Below, one piece after another: positions 30,764 through 32,000 of a stretch of 32,000 nucleotides of DNA. The notes beneath the pieces were generated by a model that made no database searches, was not told the origin of the DNA, and was given only the letters and a program-made list of their open reading frames with translations. Origin of the DNA: Candidatus Saccharimonadota bacterium (GTDB taxonomy: Bacteria; Pseudomonadota; Gammaproteobacteria; Enterobacterales; Enterobacteriaceae); contig CP145869.1 in assembly GCA_041941765.1 (NCBI GenBank), positions 402,019-434,018 on the forward strand. Direction: 5' to 3'. Numbering within the stretch: position 1 is the stretch's first letter; each line of letters begins with the position of its first letter. The position numbers and the translations under genes are program-made.

Positions 30764-31657
30764 ATGGGACCAAATAAATTTAAACACTTTTTTCGGATAT
30801 TATATTTCTTTACTCTTATTATTTTCTTAAATAGTTGTGACATGGTTTTATTAAATCCTAAAGGCCAAATTGGTATAGAGCAACGTACACTAATCTTAAC
30901 CGCGCTGGGTTTAATGTTATTAGTTGTAATTCCGGTTATTATAATGGCAATTGTATTTCCATTTAAATACCGACATACTAATATTCATGCTAAATATAAT
31001 CCTAATTGGTCTCATTCATACAAAATTGAGGCTATAGTTTGGCTTATTCCTATTTTTATTATTATTTGTCTTGGAATTATAACGTGGAAAAGTTCTATTT
31101 CTTTAGAACCAAAAAAACCTATAGTTTCTCCTATTGCTCCTTTAACAATTGAAGTGGTATCAATGGATTGGAAATGGTTATTTATTTATCCCGAACAAGG
31201 AATAGCATCAGTAAATCAAATATCTTTTCCAATTAACACACCCATTGAATTTAAAATTACATCTTATTCGGTTATGAATTCTTTTTTTATTCCTTCTTTA
31301 GGAAGTCAAATATATGCAATGCCTGGAATGCAAACTAAACTAAATTTAGTTGCAAATGAACCAGGTACTTATCAAGGTATATCATCTGCATATAGTGGTA
31401 GGGGTTTTTCTGATATGAAATTTACTGTTTTTGCTACACCTGATGTAGCATCCTTTTCTCATTGGATAGCTAAAGCCAAACAGGCACACACTACTTTGAA
31501 TATGAAAACTTTAGAAAAGTTAGCACTACCTAATAAAAACCATCAGGTAGAATTTTTTTCTCACGTCCAACCTAATTTATTTAAAAAAATTATAAATAAG
31601 TTTAAATCTAGTGCTTATGTATCAGATTTTACATCTAAATTATTAGTAAGTAGCTAA
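30764..31657 (+). CDS. cyoA: Cytochrome bo3 ubiquinol oxidase subunit II
   Basis: 297 aa. The lipoprotein signal has Cys at position 25 (FLNSC), as in E. coli CyoA. LL.PKGQIG.EQR, KY.PNWSHS.K.E and [17 protein letters not shown] are present. It lacks the His/Met-rich C-terminal tail of the E. coli protein. Confidence 0.95.
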   Translation: MGPNKFKHFFRILYFFTLIIFLNSCDMVLLNPKGQIGIEQRTLILTALGLMLLVVIPVIIMAIVFPFKYRHTNIHAKYNPNWSHSYKIEAIVWLIPIFIIICLGIITWKSSISLEPKKPIVSPIAPLTIEVVSMDWKWLFIYPEQGIASVNQISFPINTPIEFKITSYSVMNSFFIPSLGSQIYAMPGMQTKLNLVANEPGTYQGISSAYSGRGFSDMKFTVFATPDVASFSHWIAKAKQAHTTLNMKTLEKLALPNKNHQVEFFSHVQPNLFKKIINKFKSSAYVSDFTSKLLVSS

Positions 31658-31704
31658 AATTTGAAAAAATGTAATAATTTATTTAATTTAAGGAATTAAA
31701 TTCT

Positions 31705-32000
31705 ATGTTTGGAAAATTAACACTCAATGCTATTCCATATAATGAACCCATTATTATGGGTACTCTTGTTACTCTTATCTTGATTGGATTTATTATACTA
31801 ACTACCATAACATATATGAGAAAATGGCAATATTTATGGAATGAGTGGTTAACGTCATTAGATCATAAAAGATTAGGAATTATGTACATTATTCTTGGAT
31901 TAGTTATGATGATTAGGGGTTTTACTGATGCTATTATGATGCGTAGTCAGCAAGCTATAGCATCAGCTGGACAACCGGGATTTTTACCACCTCACCACTA
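31705..32000 (+). CDS. cyoB: Cytochrome bo3 ubiquinol oxidase subunit I, 3'-partial (runs off the window)
   Basis: This gene is not in the ORF track. My translation from the ATG at 31705 gives [20 protein letters not shown]...[15 protein letters not shown]...[26 protein letters not shown], which matches the E. coli CyoB N-terminus as recalled. AAGGA lies about 10 nt upstream. Confidence 0.93.
   Translation, partial: MFGKLTLNAIPYNEPIIMGTLVTLILIGFIILTTITYMRKWQYLWNEWLTSLDHKRLGIMYIILGLVMMIRGFTDAIMMRSQQAIASAGQPGFLPPHH

Overview
This window reads as ordinary core chromosome from a strongly AT-rich, gene-dense, reduced genome. It is most consistent with an insect endosymbiont derived from Enterobacterales (Blochmannia- or Wigglesworthia-like). 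That placement is a guess from base composition and gene order, not a computed result. I can support 29 protein genes and 2 tRNAs, all housekeeping: maeB (5' partial), infA, trxB, serS, tRNA-Lys, proC, ydiK-like, tRNA-Val, mdtK, grxD, pdxH, tyrS, clsA, yciC, pyrF, pheT, pheS, rplT, rpmI, infC, thrS, ydjM, prmB, aroC, ppiD, lon, clpX, clpP, tig, cyoA and cyoB (3' partial). Gene order is a set of E. coli-like synteny blocks that have collapsed through loss of the intervening genes. I found no transposase, integrase, phage gene, CRISPR array, toxin-antitoxin pair, defence-type gene or long repeat, and I see no evidence of a novel multi-gene system here. The points worth a second look are small-scale. 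maeB has lost its PTA-like C-terminal half. A lysine-type tRNA carries a CUU anticodon and two stem mismatches. infC keeps its AUU start, which the ORF track misses. A 450-bp gene-free gap upstream of pyrF holds a 41-codon membrane-like mini-ORF. pyrF and pheT converge with only 4 bp between their stops. ydjM and prmB have been newly fused by a 4-nt overlap. The Tig PPIase domain is eroded, and there are many 9-10 nt homopolymer runs inside intact genes. All homology statements come from reading the supplied translations against family sequences I remember. No database search or computation was run.
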